Source: a virus
Lineage: Duplodnaviria; Caudoviricetes
Length of the DNA: 31,651 nt
Direction: 5' to 3' (one strand)
IMG/VR virus record: IMGVR_UViG_3300027974_000099
Coordinates: 1 to 31,651 of that record
Position 1 is the stretch's first letter; each line of letters starts with the position of its first letter. This document shows, one piece after another, positions 1-7,750 of this stretch. The notes beneath the pieces are model-generated. The model was not told where the DNA came from, made no database searches, and worked only from the letters and a program-made list of their open reading frames with translations. The position numbers and the translations under genes were made by a program.

Positions 1-261
1 TGCTTTCTTGGGCTTTTGCCTAGATGCAGCAGGCCGCTTGGCGAGGTGCTTTTTCCCCTTCGCCCTAGTCGTGAGGTTGTCACGCATTTCAGACGCACTC
101 TCTCGGGTAACGAGCCAGAGCCGCTGCCCGATTTGCTTGCCGCGAAGTTTCTTGGTTCGCAGCAGAATCCGCACCCAGCCATCGGTGCAGCCCATGTAGT
201 CAACGGCCTCCGCAATCGTGAGGTACTCGATGCCGTCGATGTTGTGAGACATGCTGACCAT
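1..261 (-). CDS. Excisionase-like / MerR-type HTH (HTH_17) DNA-binding protein, 3' end runs off the window
   Basis: Manual translation (not in ORF track): MVSMSHNIDGIEYLTIAEAVDYMGCTDGWVRILLRTKKLRGKQIGQRLWLVTRESA..., followed by a basic tail. The YLTIAEA..YMG....VR.L......G..IG.R.W pattern is typical of HTH_17/Xis. It is divergent from the integrase. Alternative start at 252. Confidence 0.8.
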   Translation of the reverse strand, partial: MVSMSHNIDGIEYLTIAEAVDYMGCTDGWVRILLRTKKLRGKQIGQRLWLVTRESASEMRDNLTTRAKGKKHLAKRPAASRQKPKKA

Positions 262-268
262 TCCTCAG

Positions 269-296
269 ATACTACCACCAACCGATAGTTGGTCAA
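269..296 (-). promoter_or_regulatory. Putative sigma70-like promoter for the xis-like gene with a palindromic operator in the spacer
   Basis: Minus strand reads TTGACC-N16-TAGTAT-N7-ATG(261). The inverted repeat ACCAAC-cgata-GTTGGT at 277-293 overlaps the -35 and spacer. Confidence 0.5.
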
Positions 297-389
297 ACTA
301 ACGCAAGATTTCCAGTCCTCACCGATTCCCGTCCCGCTCGTTGCCCGGCCCGCCCGGCAGCTTTAGGATGGCTACCGGGCGGATGTTTA

Positions 390-406
390 GCGGAGAGGGC
401 GGGACT
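390..406 (-). other. Candidate att core resembling the 3' end of a tRNA-Ser
   Basis: Minus strand AGTCCCGCCCTCTCCGC parses as end of T-loop + T-stem 3' strand CCCGC + acceptor 3' strand CCTCTCC + discriminator G. It lies directly upstream of the integrase. Confidence 0.5.
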
Positions 407-470
407 ACCCCCCTTGTACACCTGTACACCGCTGTATACTATGCCCTTCTACACGAGAAGGACGACAACA

Positions 471-1385
471 ATGACGCTGAGAGATGTGCTGAACCGATAC
501 GCGATTCTTCAAAACCTGACTGACAGAACGGTGGTGCTCTACGGGCACACGCTTGACCGCTTTGCCGAGTTCCTCAAGCACGAGCCGACGATTGACGACA
601 TCGACGACTTGGTCGTCGCCGGATTCCTCCGCTGGCGTGCAGCCACTCCACGGAAGCGTGGCAAGCCCTCTGCCGCCTCGGTAGCCAAGGACAAGTCCCA
701 ACTGACAGCTTTGGCTAACTGGGCCGGTAAGAAGCGTCTGAAGCGTTCAGACGGCACAGACGTTGAGTTCCTATCCCTGCCACGGATGCGGAAGATTCGC
801 CACGCTCCGCAGGCGTACACAGTCGATGAGGTCTCGCGGCTCATCCGGCTGGCGAAGCAGCGGATAGGGCACATTGACGGCAAGCCAGCCGCTTGGTGGT
901 GGAGCACGATTATTTACGCTGCTTGGTGCAGCGGCGAACGTATTTCTCCACTGCTTGAGATTCGTTGGCAGGATGTTGACCTAGACGGGCAGACGCTCCT
1001 GTTTAGAGCCGAGACGCGAAAGGGACGCTGCACCGACATCCAGCGAGCCATCACGCCAGACTTGGCTGACATGATGCGGATGCAGGCAGGCCCGCCCGAG
1101 GCTCTGGTGTGGCGTTGGGATCGAGCGTACCACTCGCTTTGGCCCAGCCTGAGGCTGCTGTGCCGGCGGGCTGGTGTGCGTGGCACGGGCTTTCACAGGC
1201 TGCGGAAGTCGTCGGCCAGCTACGTGGCACTTGGCGGCGGTGACGCTACAGAGCACCTCGGGCACGCATCGCCGGAAATGACGCGGCAGCACTACCTAGA
1301 CCCGAGAATCACGCAGGCGAAAAGGGCGCTGGACTACCTGCCGAAGCTGGATTTGGACGCAAGGAACGAAGACCCAAATCCTTGA
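471..1385 (+). CDS. int: Tyrosine recombinase / phage integrase
   Basis: Catalytic motifs SGER(ISPLL), TRK, FHRLRKS, LGHASPEMTRQHY and an N-terminal SAM-like core-binding region. GAAGGA lies upstream of ATG 471; alternative start at 441. Confidence 0.93.
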   Translation: MTLRDVLNRYAILQNLTDRTVVLYGHTLDRFAEFLKHEPTIDDIDDLVVAGFLRWRAATPRKRGKPSAASVAKDKSQLTALANWAGKKRLKRSDGTDVEFLSLPRMRKIRHAPQAYTVDEVSRLIRLAKQRIGHIDGKPAAWWWSTIIYAAWCSGERISPLLEIRWQDVDLDGQTLLFRAETRKGRCTDIQRAITPDLADMMRMQAGPPEALVWRWDRAYHSLWPSLRLLCRRAGVRGTGFHRLRKSSASYVALGGGDATEHLGHASPEMTRQHYLDPRITQAKRALDYLPKLDLDARNEDPNP

Positions 1386-1496
1386 CCAACTCTGTCAATG
1401 TGACGAAACGTCTGCCCCTAAAGCATTTGAGCCGACATTCCCTAACATTTGACGCTTGCGCCACAATCGGGCGTTCCACATTCGCGAAACACGAAA

Positions 1497-1706
1497 ATGC
1501 ACGCCATCCTCCGCTTCCGATTGCCAGACGAACAGGCCGAGTTCGACGCTGCCATGCAGGGGCGCGACGCCAAGTCGGCGATCTGGGCGGTCGATCAGCA
1601 CTGCCGCAGCATCCTCAAGCACGGCGAACCAAGCGAGGAGACGCGACGGCACCTCGAGGGGATTCGCGAGATGCTCAGAGAAAGGCCGGGGCTGCTAGAT
1701 GACTGA
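1497..1706 (+). CDS. Hypothetical phage protein (69 aa)
   Basis: MHAILRFRLPDEQAEFDAAMQG...; helical and protein-like; overlaps the start of the next gene. Confidence 0.7.
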   Translation: MHAILRFRLPDEQAEFDAAMQGRDAKSAIWAVDQHCRSILKHGEPSEETRRHLEGIREMLRERPGLLDD

Positions 1707-1974
1707 CCGCGACACGTTCGCCGCTGCGGCGTTGACGGGGCTGCTGGCGGACCAATCGCTTGGCGACCTCGGAGACACCACTCTCGCTACACGGGCGTAT
1801 GAGTTGGCTTCCGCCATGATCGAGGAGCGAGTGAAGTGGAACCGGGCACCCACGCTCACCGACGAAAATCGGACGGCGATTGAGATCGTCGCAGATTGGG
1901 CAGACGACCACTTAGGCAAAGACGATCCCGGCGTTGTCGCGCTCCGCAAGCTGATGGAGCGACTGCACACCTAG
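1699..1974 (+). CDS. Hypothetical phage protein (91 aa)
   Basis: N-terminal RDTFAAAALTGLLA...AYELASAMI motif, which I recognise as common in small phage proteins; coupled to the upstream gene. Confidence 0.75.
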   Translation: MTDRDTFAAAALTGLLADQSLGDLGDTTLATRAYELASAMIEERVKWNRAPTLTDENRTAIEIVADWADDHLGKDDPGVVALRKLMERLHT

Positions 1975-2059
1975 TCGCACGAACCGTCATGTTACGTGTA
2001 GCGACACTTGCCCCAAACGTGTTGCAAAAACCACAAAATGTGTACGTTTGCCGATACGA

Positions 2060-2425
2060 TCAGTCAAAGATGTGCAGCTTCGCCGCCTGCCGTCTCGCCA
2101 TCGCTTCCACCCTGGCTGGCTTGCCCGGTTCAGAAGGCAGCTTTTCCGGTGGCGTCATGAATATTTCTATGTCCTCGGCCAGCTGCGACGCTCGATATTC
2201 CACCTCGCGGACAGTGTCGAGGACGAGCGTATGGTCTCCCGCCCTGGCTCTGTCTGACAACTCGCCCTGCCCTCCCTTGCTGGGATCGTAAAGCAACTCG
2301 ATGCACCAAGTGACCCGAGCACCGATCCTCGCCAGCTTCGTCAGGAACTTCCGCATGGGTGGCGTCAACCTCTCGGGCATGCGGCGTCGCTTGCCTTTTG
2401 CTGGCGGCAAATCATCGTCGGTCAT
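2060..2425 (-). CDS. Hypothetical protein, possibly nucleic-acid binding
   Basis: Basic N-terminus (KGKRRRMPERL) and C-terminal PSEPGKPARVEAMARR motif; last gene of the minus-strand block. Confidence 0.65.
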   Translation of the reverse strand: MTDDDLPPAKGKRRRMPERLTPPMRKFLTKLARIGARVTWCIELLYDPSKGGQGELSDRARAGDHTLVLDTVREVEYRASQLAEDIEIFMTPPEKLPSEPGKPARVEAMARRQAAKLHIFD

Positions 2426-2470
2426 GAATGAACGCTGTACCTCGCCCATGCGGTGAGTGTTGCACAGACG

Positions 2471-2854
2471 TCAAGTTCGTCGGGCTTCCTTGCATGCCTG
2501 ACGCATCCACGTACGGTTCGCCATTGACTCAAACCAGAGGCGAGCAAACACCTCGACAGCCTGGTGCCCGACGTCAGCGTAGAGCGTTCGCAGTTCCGGC
2601 GACGATCCCCACATGGCTTCGACGTCCTCGCCAACCTTGGCGATGAGCACCTTGGCGTCCATCACGGCAAGCATCTGCGATTCTGGCTGAGTCCTCGCCA
2701 GCTTCGTCCAATGCTCTGCGTTCCAGCAGCGGCAGATGGCGTCTACGAACTCATCGAACGCCCTGCCAGCCTTGACGGCTTGAGGTCCGATCTCTGCTCG
2801 CAGCCGGCCACGCAAGTGCGCCAGCATCCCAGCCGGCGCGTCGCCCACCGTCAC
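2471..2854 (-). CDS. Hypothetical protein
   Basis: GTG start overlaps the TGA of the upstream gene (GTGA); 127 aa, helical composition. Confidence 0.65.
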   Translation of the reverse strand: MTVGDAPAGMLAHLRGRLRAEIGPQAVKAGRAFDEFVDAICRCWNAEHWTKLARTQPESQMLAVMDAKVLIAKVGEDVEAMWGSSPELRTLYADVGHQAVEVFARLWFESMANRTWMRQACKEARRT

Positions 2855-3159
2855 CTCCCGCCCGCAGGCAGAGCAGATGAAACAGGCGTGAGCGACGCGC
2901 CGGGCGGGGTTTTGCACTTGCAGGACGATGGGCACGGGCAAGCAGTCCGGTGCCCGTCGCCGTGGGTGATGTATCCCTTGCCGCCGCACTCGGTACAGCA
3001 GCTGGGCCTAGGAGGCTCTGGCAAGGGCTCTGGCGCCTTCTCAGTCGCCGTGGTGGCATACGCTGCCGAGACCGCCGCCGAGGCTCTAGGTGCCTCACGG
3101 TCGATCTGGGCAGGGTCAGCGGACAGGGCCGCAAGCACCGAGAGGATGTACTGCCACAT
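2851..3159 (-). CDS. Exported small protein with Cys-rich (CxxCxGxG...CPC..CKC) domain
   Basis: Signal-peptide-like MWQYILSVLAALSA, Pro-rich linker, CCTECGGKGYITHGDGHRTACPCPSSCKC. Confidence 0.75.
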   Translation of the reverse strand: MWQYILSVLAALSADPAQIDREAPRASAAVSAAYATTATEKAPEPLPEPPRPSCCTECGGKGYITHGDGHRTACPCPSSCKCKTPPGASLTPVSSALPAGGR

Positions 3160-3161
3160 GA

Positions 3162-3422
3162 TTACCACCCTTGCCCGTGGTTGAGGACTCGGTTCCCATC
3201 GGCGTCTACGCGAGCGTGGACGACGTACGCCTGCTCGGATGGCGGCTGCTCGGCGAACATCATTGCCCAGAGTCCGAGGCGGGCGAGCCGCTGGATAAGC
3301 CGCAGGACGGGACGCTGCGGTTCTGGCTTAACCGGGCTGTAGTCGCTGGTGGCGGCCCACCAAGTCAGAGCCACGGCGACCAGGCCGACGACCAGAGCGG
3401 ATTGGATTTCTCGTCGTGTCAT
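3162..3422 (-). CDS. Small membrane-anchored protein
   Basis: N-terminal hydrophobic helix ALVVGLVAVALTWWAA, then amphipathic RPVLRLIQRLARLGLWAMMF; ATGA overlap with the upstream gene. Confidence 0.75.
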   Translation of the reverse strand: MTRREIQSALVVGLVAVALTWWAATSDYSPVKPEPQRPVLRLIQRLARLGLWAMMFAEQPPSEQAYVVHARVDADGNRVLNHGQGW

Positions 3423-3646
3423 CGGTCAACGCTCCAGATCGAGTAGAAAAACATCACAACGCAGGCACCGATCACGCTGCCGATGAGCCCGGCGGGAGCG
3501 TCCCCGAACGGCAGACCACCAGCGAGAGAGCCGATGATGCCGAGTCCGATGGTGGGCACCCAGCCTTGAGGGCAGCGACCGGGCATCAACCACTTGGCGA
3601 TGCCGCCGACGACGGCACCGAATGCAATCCACAGAAGCAGTCCCAT
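3419..3646 (-). CDS. GlsB/YeaQ/YmgE family (transglycosylase-associated) membrane protein
   Basis: WIAFGAVVGGIAKWLMPGR...TIGLGIIGSLAGG...IGSVIGACVV is the typical pattern of this 3-TM family. Confidence 0.88.
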   Translation of the reverse strand: MGLLLWIAFGAVVGGIAKWLMPGRCPQGWVPTIGLGIIGSLAGGLPFGDAPAGLIGSVIGACVVMFFYSIWSVDR

Positions 3647-3655
3647 GCGTGTCTC

Positions 3656-4732
3656 CTAGTTTGGTGAAGGCGAGAGCCAATTTCCGTGGTGAATGTCTCG
3701 GTATTTGAAGCCCGCCGTGTCGCCTATGGCCCATGCGTCTTCAAGCATCCCTTCAATGACGCTGCGGCGTGCCCAGAACGATCCGTCAGGCTGGTCGCTC
3801 GGGAACTTGCTTTCTTTCGGTCCGCACCAATTCGGTCCCCAGCTATTGAGCACGAGGCACAAGTCATCCGGTGCCCCGTTCTTTTTGTGGCGGATTCCTA
3901 TGGCACACATCTGATGTTGCCATGTCCCAGAAGCCTCGCAGATGCCCTCCTTACTGCGTGTCGAAGTGAAGCCCTGCGAGCTCGCCAGCGTCACGGGATA
4001 TCCTGACTCCAACGCTGCCGCAAGTTCAGCCCAAGAGCGAACGGCGACCACATGCCGCAGCGGATGCTTCTTTGCCTCGGCATCCAATCGGCCCGCGTCA
4101 CCCTGACCACCGCAGCCGTAGGCTCCCCACTGGCGGGCACGCTCGCCCGAATACTCAGTGAGATCCGCAGACGGATACTTCTGGCGATAGACGACTCCAA
4201 ACTCACGCAGGAACTTGGCAGCACCGAAGCCGGTCGCACCGTCTGAAAATCCGCCGTAGGGCTGGGCACCGTCGCCAGGCTTATTGCGGGCTTCTACCCT
4301 GGCTCCACCGTACAACGCTTCTGTTGCTGGCATCAGTGGCGGCTCAGGCAGTTTGCCAAGCGACCACGACACAGCCTCCGAGACGGCGACAGCGTGCATC
4401 GCGCCCCAGCTGACGCAATCACCGATGAGTTGCCTGCCGACGACGAACGGCTTGCCGTAGCGTGCTCGATGTGCGGCATCCAGTTGGCGATACAAAAAGA
4501 CGTCAATGCCTTTGGCCTGCTCCATTGCCTCGGCACCAGCCTGAAAGAAATACTTCTCGTCACCGAGGGTAGCAAGAAACTGTCGCGTCCCGACAGGATC
4601 GGGCACGTATCCGAACTGCCCATCAATCCGTGCGGCGACTCTCTTGGTGGCACGCTCAACGAGCACGCCGAGGATCGCCATCACAATGACGAACGTGACA
4701 GCACCGACAGACCAACGGTTAGCGCGTGACAT
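3656..4732 (-). CDS. Papain-like (C1 family) cysteine peptidase with N-terminal membrane anchor
   Basis: Oxyanion Gln and catalytic Cys in QLIGDCVSW, His in WQHQM, Asn in LNSWGPNW; N-terminal hydrophobic segment VGAVTFVIVMAILGVLV. Confidence 0.85.
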   Translation of the reverse strand: MSRANRWSVGAVTFVIVMAILGVLVERATKRVAARIDGQFGYVPDPVGTRQFLATLGDEKYFFQAGAEAMEQAKGIDVFLYRQLDAAHRARYGKPFVVGRQLIGDCVSWGAMHAVAVSEAVSWSLGKLPEPPLMPATEALYGGARVEARNKPGDGAQPYGGFSDGATGFGAAKFLREFGVVYRQKYPSADLTEYSGERARQWGAYGCGGQGDAGRLDAEAKKHPLRHVVAVRSWAELAAALESGYPVTLASSQGFTSTRSKEGICEASGTWQHQMCAIGIRHKKNGAPDDLCLVLNSWGPNWCGPKESKFPSDQPDGSFWARRSVIEGMLEDAWAIGDTAGFKYRDIHHGNWLSPSPN

Positions 4733-5276
4733 CGGCAGCAGCCCTCGACAGGTCACGTAGTGCAGCCACCCAAGCCGCCCGGCTCTCGGGCGTCACTGGA
4801 CCGCCAGACGAACCAACAGAATCGTCTAGAAACTTGTGTACGGCGTCTCGCACTTGCGGCTGGCGAGCACCTATGCTCTCGCCCTTGCAACGCATCTCTC
4901 GGGCGGCAATCCGCAGGTCGTCGAACGCAACGCCGGTCTTGAGTCGCTGGTCGTGCTTGCCGTCGTACTCGATGCACTCAGCGAGCTCGCCGCACAGAGC
5001 CGACATCGTCGCAGCATCCTCGGCAGCGGTCGGGCCGATGAACTTGCCTCTCAGGCTGAACGCATCAGGCGGCACTGGAACGGGCTGCGGCGTCGGGCTA
5101 CTCGAGCGGCCGGGCATGAACGCAATCGCAGCAGCCACGACCAGGGCGAGTGCGGCGACGTGCTTGCCGTCAATCGTCGGCATCTTTGCCGTAGCGATGA
5201 ACGCCTTCGCCTTCTCGGTGATCTGTTGACCGGCAAGGACATAGACGGCGAAAGCCACAAGTAACGCTGTGATCAC
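4719..5276 (-). CDS. Membrane protein with two N-terminal hydrophobic segments, Pro-rich linker and helical domain
   Basis: ITALLVAFAVYVLAG and VAALALVVAAAIAFM segments, SPTPQPVPVPP linker; GTGA overlap with the upstream stop. Confidence 0.75.
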   Translation of the reverse strand: MITALLVAFAVYVLAGQQITEKAKAFIATAKMPTIDGKHVAALALVVAAAIAFMPGRSSSPTPQPVPVPPDAFSLRGKFIGPTAAEDAATMSALCGELAECIEYDGKHDQRLKTGVAFDDLRIAAREMRCKGESIGARQPQVRDAVHKFLDDSVGSSGGPVTPESRAAWVAALRDLSRAAADVTR

Positions 5277-5635
5277 GTTGACGACCTCACCATAGGGATC
5301 ATGGATTCCACGGCACCGCTCGCTAGAGCGAGCACAAACGCACGAAGTGCTGGGCGAAGAATTGCCCACGCTGGATATGCCATCAGCGGCACGCAGCTGC
5401 CCGCCGTCGTGTCGAAGAGTGCAGCGACGGCAGCAATGGCAATAGCCTTCTTCTCTGGACCGGAAAGCGTCTTGACTCGGTCAAGCGTCTCCACGGCGAG
5501 ACGCAGCAGAGAGACCATCAACCGTCCGAACTCTTGCCACGTCAGACCGTCAGCCGCCGTGCGCCGGGCGTCCGACAGGAACGACATGACTTGTGCGTCG
5601 AGCCCGGCGACGGCGGATGGATGGTCTGCTGCCAT
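5273..5635 (-). CDS. Putative holin-like membrane protein
   Basis: 120 aa with amphipathic/hydrophobic helices and an LSGPEKK motif reminiscent of the G-x-E-K motif of LL-H-type holins; first gene of the membrane cluster. The CDS is well supported; the function is inferred. Confidence 0.5.
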   Translation of the reverse strand: MAADHPSAVAGLDAQVMSFLSDARRTAADGLTWQEFGRLMVSLLRLAVETLDRVKTLSGPEKKAIAIAAVAALFDTTAGSCVPLMAYPAWAILRPALRAFVLALASGAVESMIPMVRSST

Positions 5636-5641
5636 CCCGTC

Positions 5642-5682
5642 AGACTAGGCGGGGCGGGCGGCAAACTAGACCGGCTCTGCCG
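5642..5682 (-). promoter_or_regulatory. Late-promoter-like motif, copy 1
   Basis: CGGCA-GAG-CCGGTCT-AGTTT..(20 nt)..TAGTCT-N6-ATG(5635). Confidence 0.7.
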
Positions 5683-6244
5683 ACTCGCACTCGGCGAGGC
5701 AGGCTGCGTAGCCAGCAAGATCGATTGGCCCGTCTGCCGTCTTGTTTGGCCCGAGGAATCGTGCCACCTTGTCGAACGTCATGAATATTGCCCAATCGCT
5801 TTCAGTCAGCGGACGCTTCAGCACGTCGGCGAAAGCGGCGTTGATCATCCCGATGGTGCGACGGAAGTGGTGCTTCGGCCCGCCGTACTTCGGTCGTCGG
5901 TCACGCACGACGTCAATGGCATCCATCAGCAATCTCTCGGCAGGACTGACGTCGTCGTGATCCTTGGCAAGGATGCTGTCACCCGTCCAGCGGATGTCGT
6001 CCGGTGCTGCGTCCATTTCCTTCTGTCCTTGCAGAATCCAATCAACCGGGATCTGCTCATCGGGCTCGGCTCGCTCGGCGTGGTACTTCTCGGCGCTGGC
6101 TTGTGCTGCCACACGCCACCGCTCGGGTGCGTCGTCCGCCGGCTGGCACTTGCCACCGTCGCAGCAGCCACCGGCTAGGCGGGTCTCTACGGCTGCTCGG
6201 AGTTGTGCGTTGGTGTCCTGCAAATCCGTAATAAATCCTTGCAT
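5666..6244 (-). CDS. DUF6378-domain phage protein
   Basis: C-terminal LLMDAIDVVRDRRPKYGGP..HF......DKVAR......DGPIDLAGYAA signature; N-terminal coiled segment with CCDGGKC. Confidence 0.75.
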   Translation of the reverse strand: MQGFITDLQDTNAQLRAAVETRLAGGCCDGGKCQPADDAPERWRVAAQASAEKYHAERAEPDEQIPVDWILQGQKEMDAAPDDIRWTGDSILAKDHDDVSPAERLLMDAIDVVRDRRPKYGGPKHHFRRTIGMINAAFADVLKRPLTESDWAIFMTFDKVARFLGPNKTADGPIDLAGYAACLAECESAEPV

Positions 6245-6317
6245 CTTTTTCCTTCCAATTAGAAGTCGTGCCACGTCTGCGGCGAGTGATGTCGTCACTC
6301 AAGTCGTAGCCCATGCG

Positions 6318-7505
6318 TCAACTAGTCAGCACTCCTGCAACGTGCATTGAGGAAAGCCCGCCAGCAGGGTCGTACAGAAAGGTCTCCATTGCTTGCCGAG
6401 AGCCGATGAATCCGTTGACGCTGTGCCAATCGTCTGGCGGGCAAAGTGCCGGCGCCGTCCTGACGATGACGCCGTCAAGCGTCTCAATTGGTCGCTGCCA
6501 TTCAGCAGCCTGCGAGTGAAAGTGCCCTGTGTGCCACTCGCGGTATGGGCACTCGCTCCACTGGCGTGACGCTTCCAACGCCATGATCTGCGGCAGCTTC
6601 TTCTTTGCTCGATGTCCGTGAACAAAGCCCAACAGATTCCGCCCGTGCGTCAGGTACTGCCGCCCTGTGAAATCTGCCTTGACAGACACAGACTTAGACC
6701 CGCGAAAGCGCTCCTGCATGATTCGCTGGAACGTCCACGACAGCACCTCGTCGTGGTTGCCATTAACGATCACCACGTCAGTAGGCACCGTCTCGGCGGA
6801 CTGCCGCACAAGAGACAAAAGCGTGTCGCATCCGACTGCAATCATCTTCTGAAGCCGCCCGTCACGCTCCAGCGGTGTACCACTTGTGGTACTTCCGTCC
6901 GGTCGGTCGTAATGGAAGAGGTCGCCAACGAAGGCAATCGTGCGTCTCGCTGGCTTGTGCGTGTCGCCGGTAGCCAGCAGCTGCGTGCCAGTGTCGCCCA
7001 CCAGGCTGGCGGCGATGTCAAGGTCGTAGTCATCGCCGCCGGTCGTCTTGCCCCATGCGTATTTCCCGAAGTGCGGATCGGCAACAACTACAACTTGCCA
7101 CGGTGCGTCACGTTTTGGTGCTTTGACAGACTTGGTCAAAGGCTTTCGGATGTCCTTGCGGGCGGCGTCAATCATCGCCTGCACCACCTCGCGTGTCGTC
7201 GGCCCACCCTTTGGCTTGAGCCTGACGAACACACGGTGCAGTTCAATCGATGAACCGTCGCCGTCGCCGCATTCCCACTTCGTCGCCTCGCTCGCTGCAA
7301 TCTCAAAGCGGCTCATGTCCGCCTCAATGTGCCGCAGCAAGTCCTCGACTGTCTTGATTCGCTTGGACGTTGAGCGTGCCTCAAGCACGTCGCCAGACCG
7401 CGACTGCGTCACCTGTTCAGCGTCAGGGTTGGCGGCAGCAGCCTTTGACACCTGATCCTTGGCAACATCTCGAGCGACATCGTCTCTCAAGCTTTTTCGA
7501 GCCAT
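6318..7505 (-). CDS. Calcineurin-like metallophosphoesterase
   Basis: All five motifs are present: ADPH, GDLFH, GNHD, HGH, GHFH. Confidence 0.88.
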   Translation of the reverse strand: MARKSLRDDVARDVAKDQVSKAAAANPDAEQVTQSRSGDVLEARSTSKRIKTVEDLLRHIEADMSRFEIAASEATKWECGDGDGSSIELHRVFVRLKPKGGPTTREVVQAMIDAARKDIRKPLTKSVKAPKRDAPWQVVVVADPHFGKYAWGKTTGGDDYDLDIAASLVGDTGTQLLATGDTHKPARRTIAFVGDLFHYDRPDGSTTSGTPLERDGRLQKMIAVGCDTLLSLVRQSAETVPTDVVIVNGNHDEVLSWTFQRIMQERFRGSKSVSVKADFTGRQYLTHGRNLLGFVHGHRAKKKLPQIMALEASRQWSECPYREWHTGHFHSQAAEWQRPIETLDGVIVRTAPALCPPDDWHSVNGFIGSRQAMETFLYDPAGGLSSMHVAGVLTS

Positions 7506-7750
7506 GCAATTACTCCCTGCATGCCAACGTCAGAGATGCCACGGACACGCATATTCTCGGCTAGTGCTCTTGCCACGGTCTTCTTGCGGCTGCCGAGTTC
7601 GCCAGCCGTCCACTCTGCTTTGATGGCGTCCAGTTCTGCACGGTGCTCGTGTGCCAGCCGCTCGTACCAAGTCGCAGGCCCGTGCCGGGCGTCACTTACT
7701 GCCTTTCGCACGTCCTCGAGCAGGCCGCCGCTTCGACTTTTCGTCTTCAC
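7487..7750 (-). CDS. Hypothetical protein (possibly DNA-binding)
   Basis: GTG start, 87 aa; C-terminal helix-turn-helix-like segment; overlaps the phosphoesterase start. Confidence 0.6.
   Translation of the reverse strand: MKTKSRSGGLLEDVRKAVSDARHGPATWYERLAHEHRAELDAIKAEWTAGELGSRKKTVARALAENMRVRGISDVGMQGVIAWLEKA

Noticed and set aside
8-288. Plus-strand ORFs 8..199 and 16..288
   Set aside because: Antisense shadows of the minus-strand HTH gene, which has a recognisable motif.
380-470. Complete tRNA gene
   Set aside because: Only the 3' ~15 nt resemble a tRNA; no cloverleaf can be formed.
1975-2059. AT-richer convergent gap as terminator or att site
   Set aside because: Only a weak 6-bp inverted repeat (AAACGT/ACGTTT) with a long loop; no convincing stem/U-tract or core sequence.
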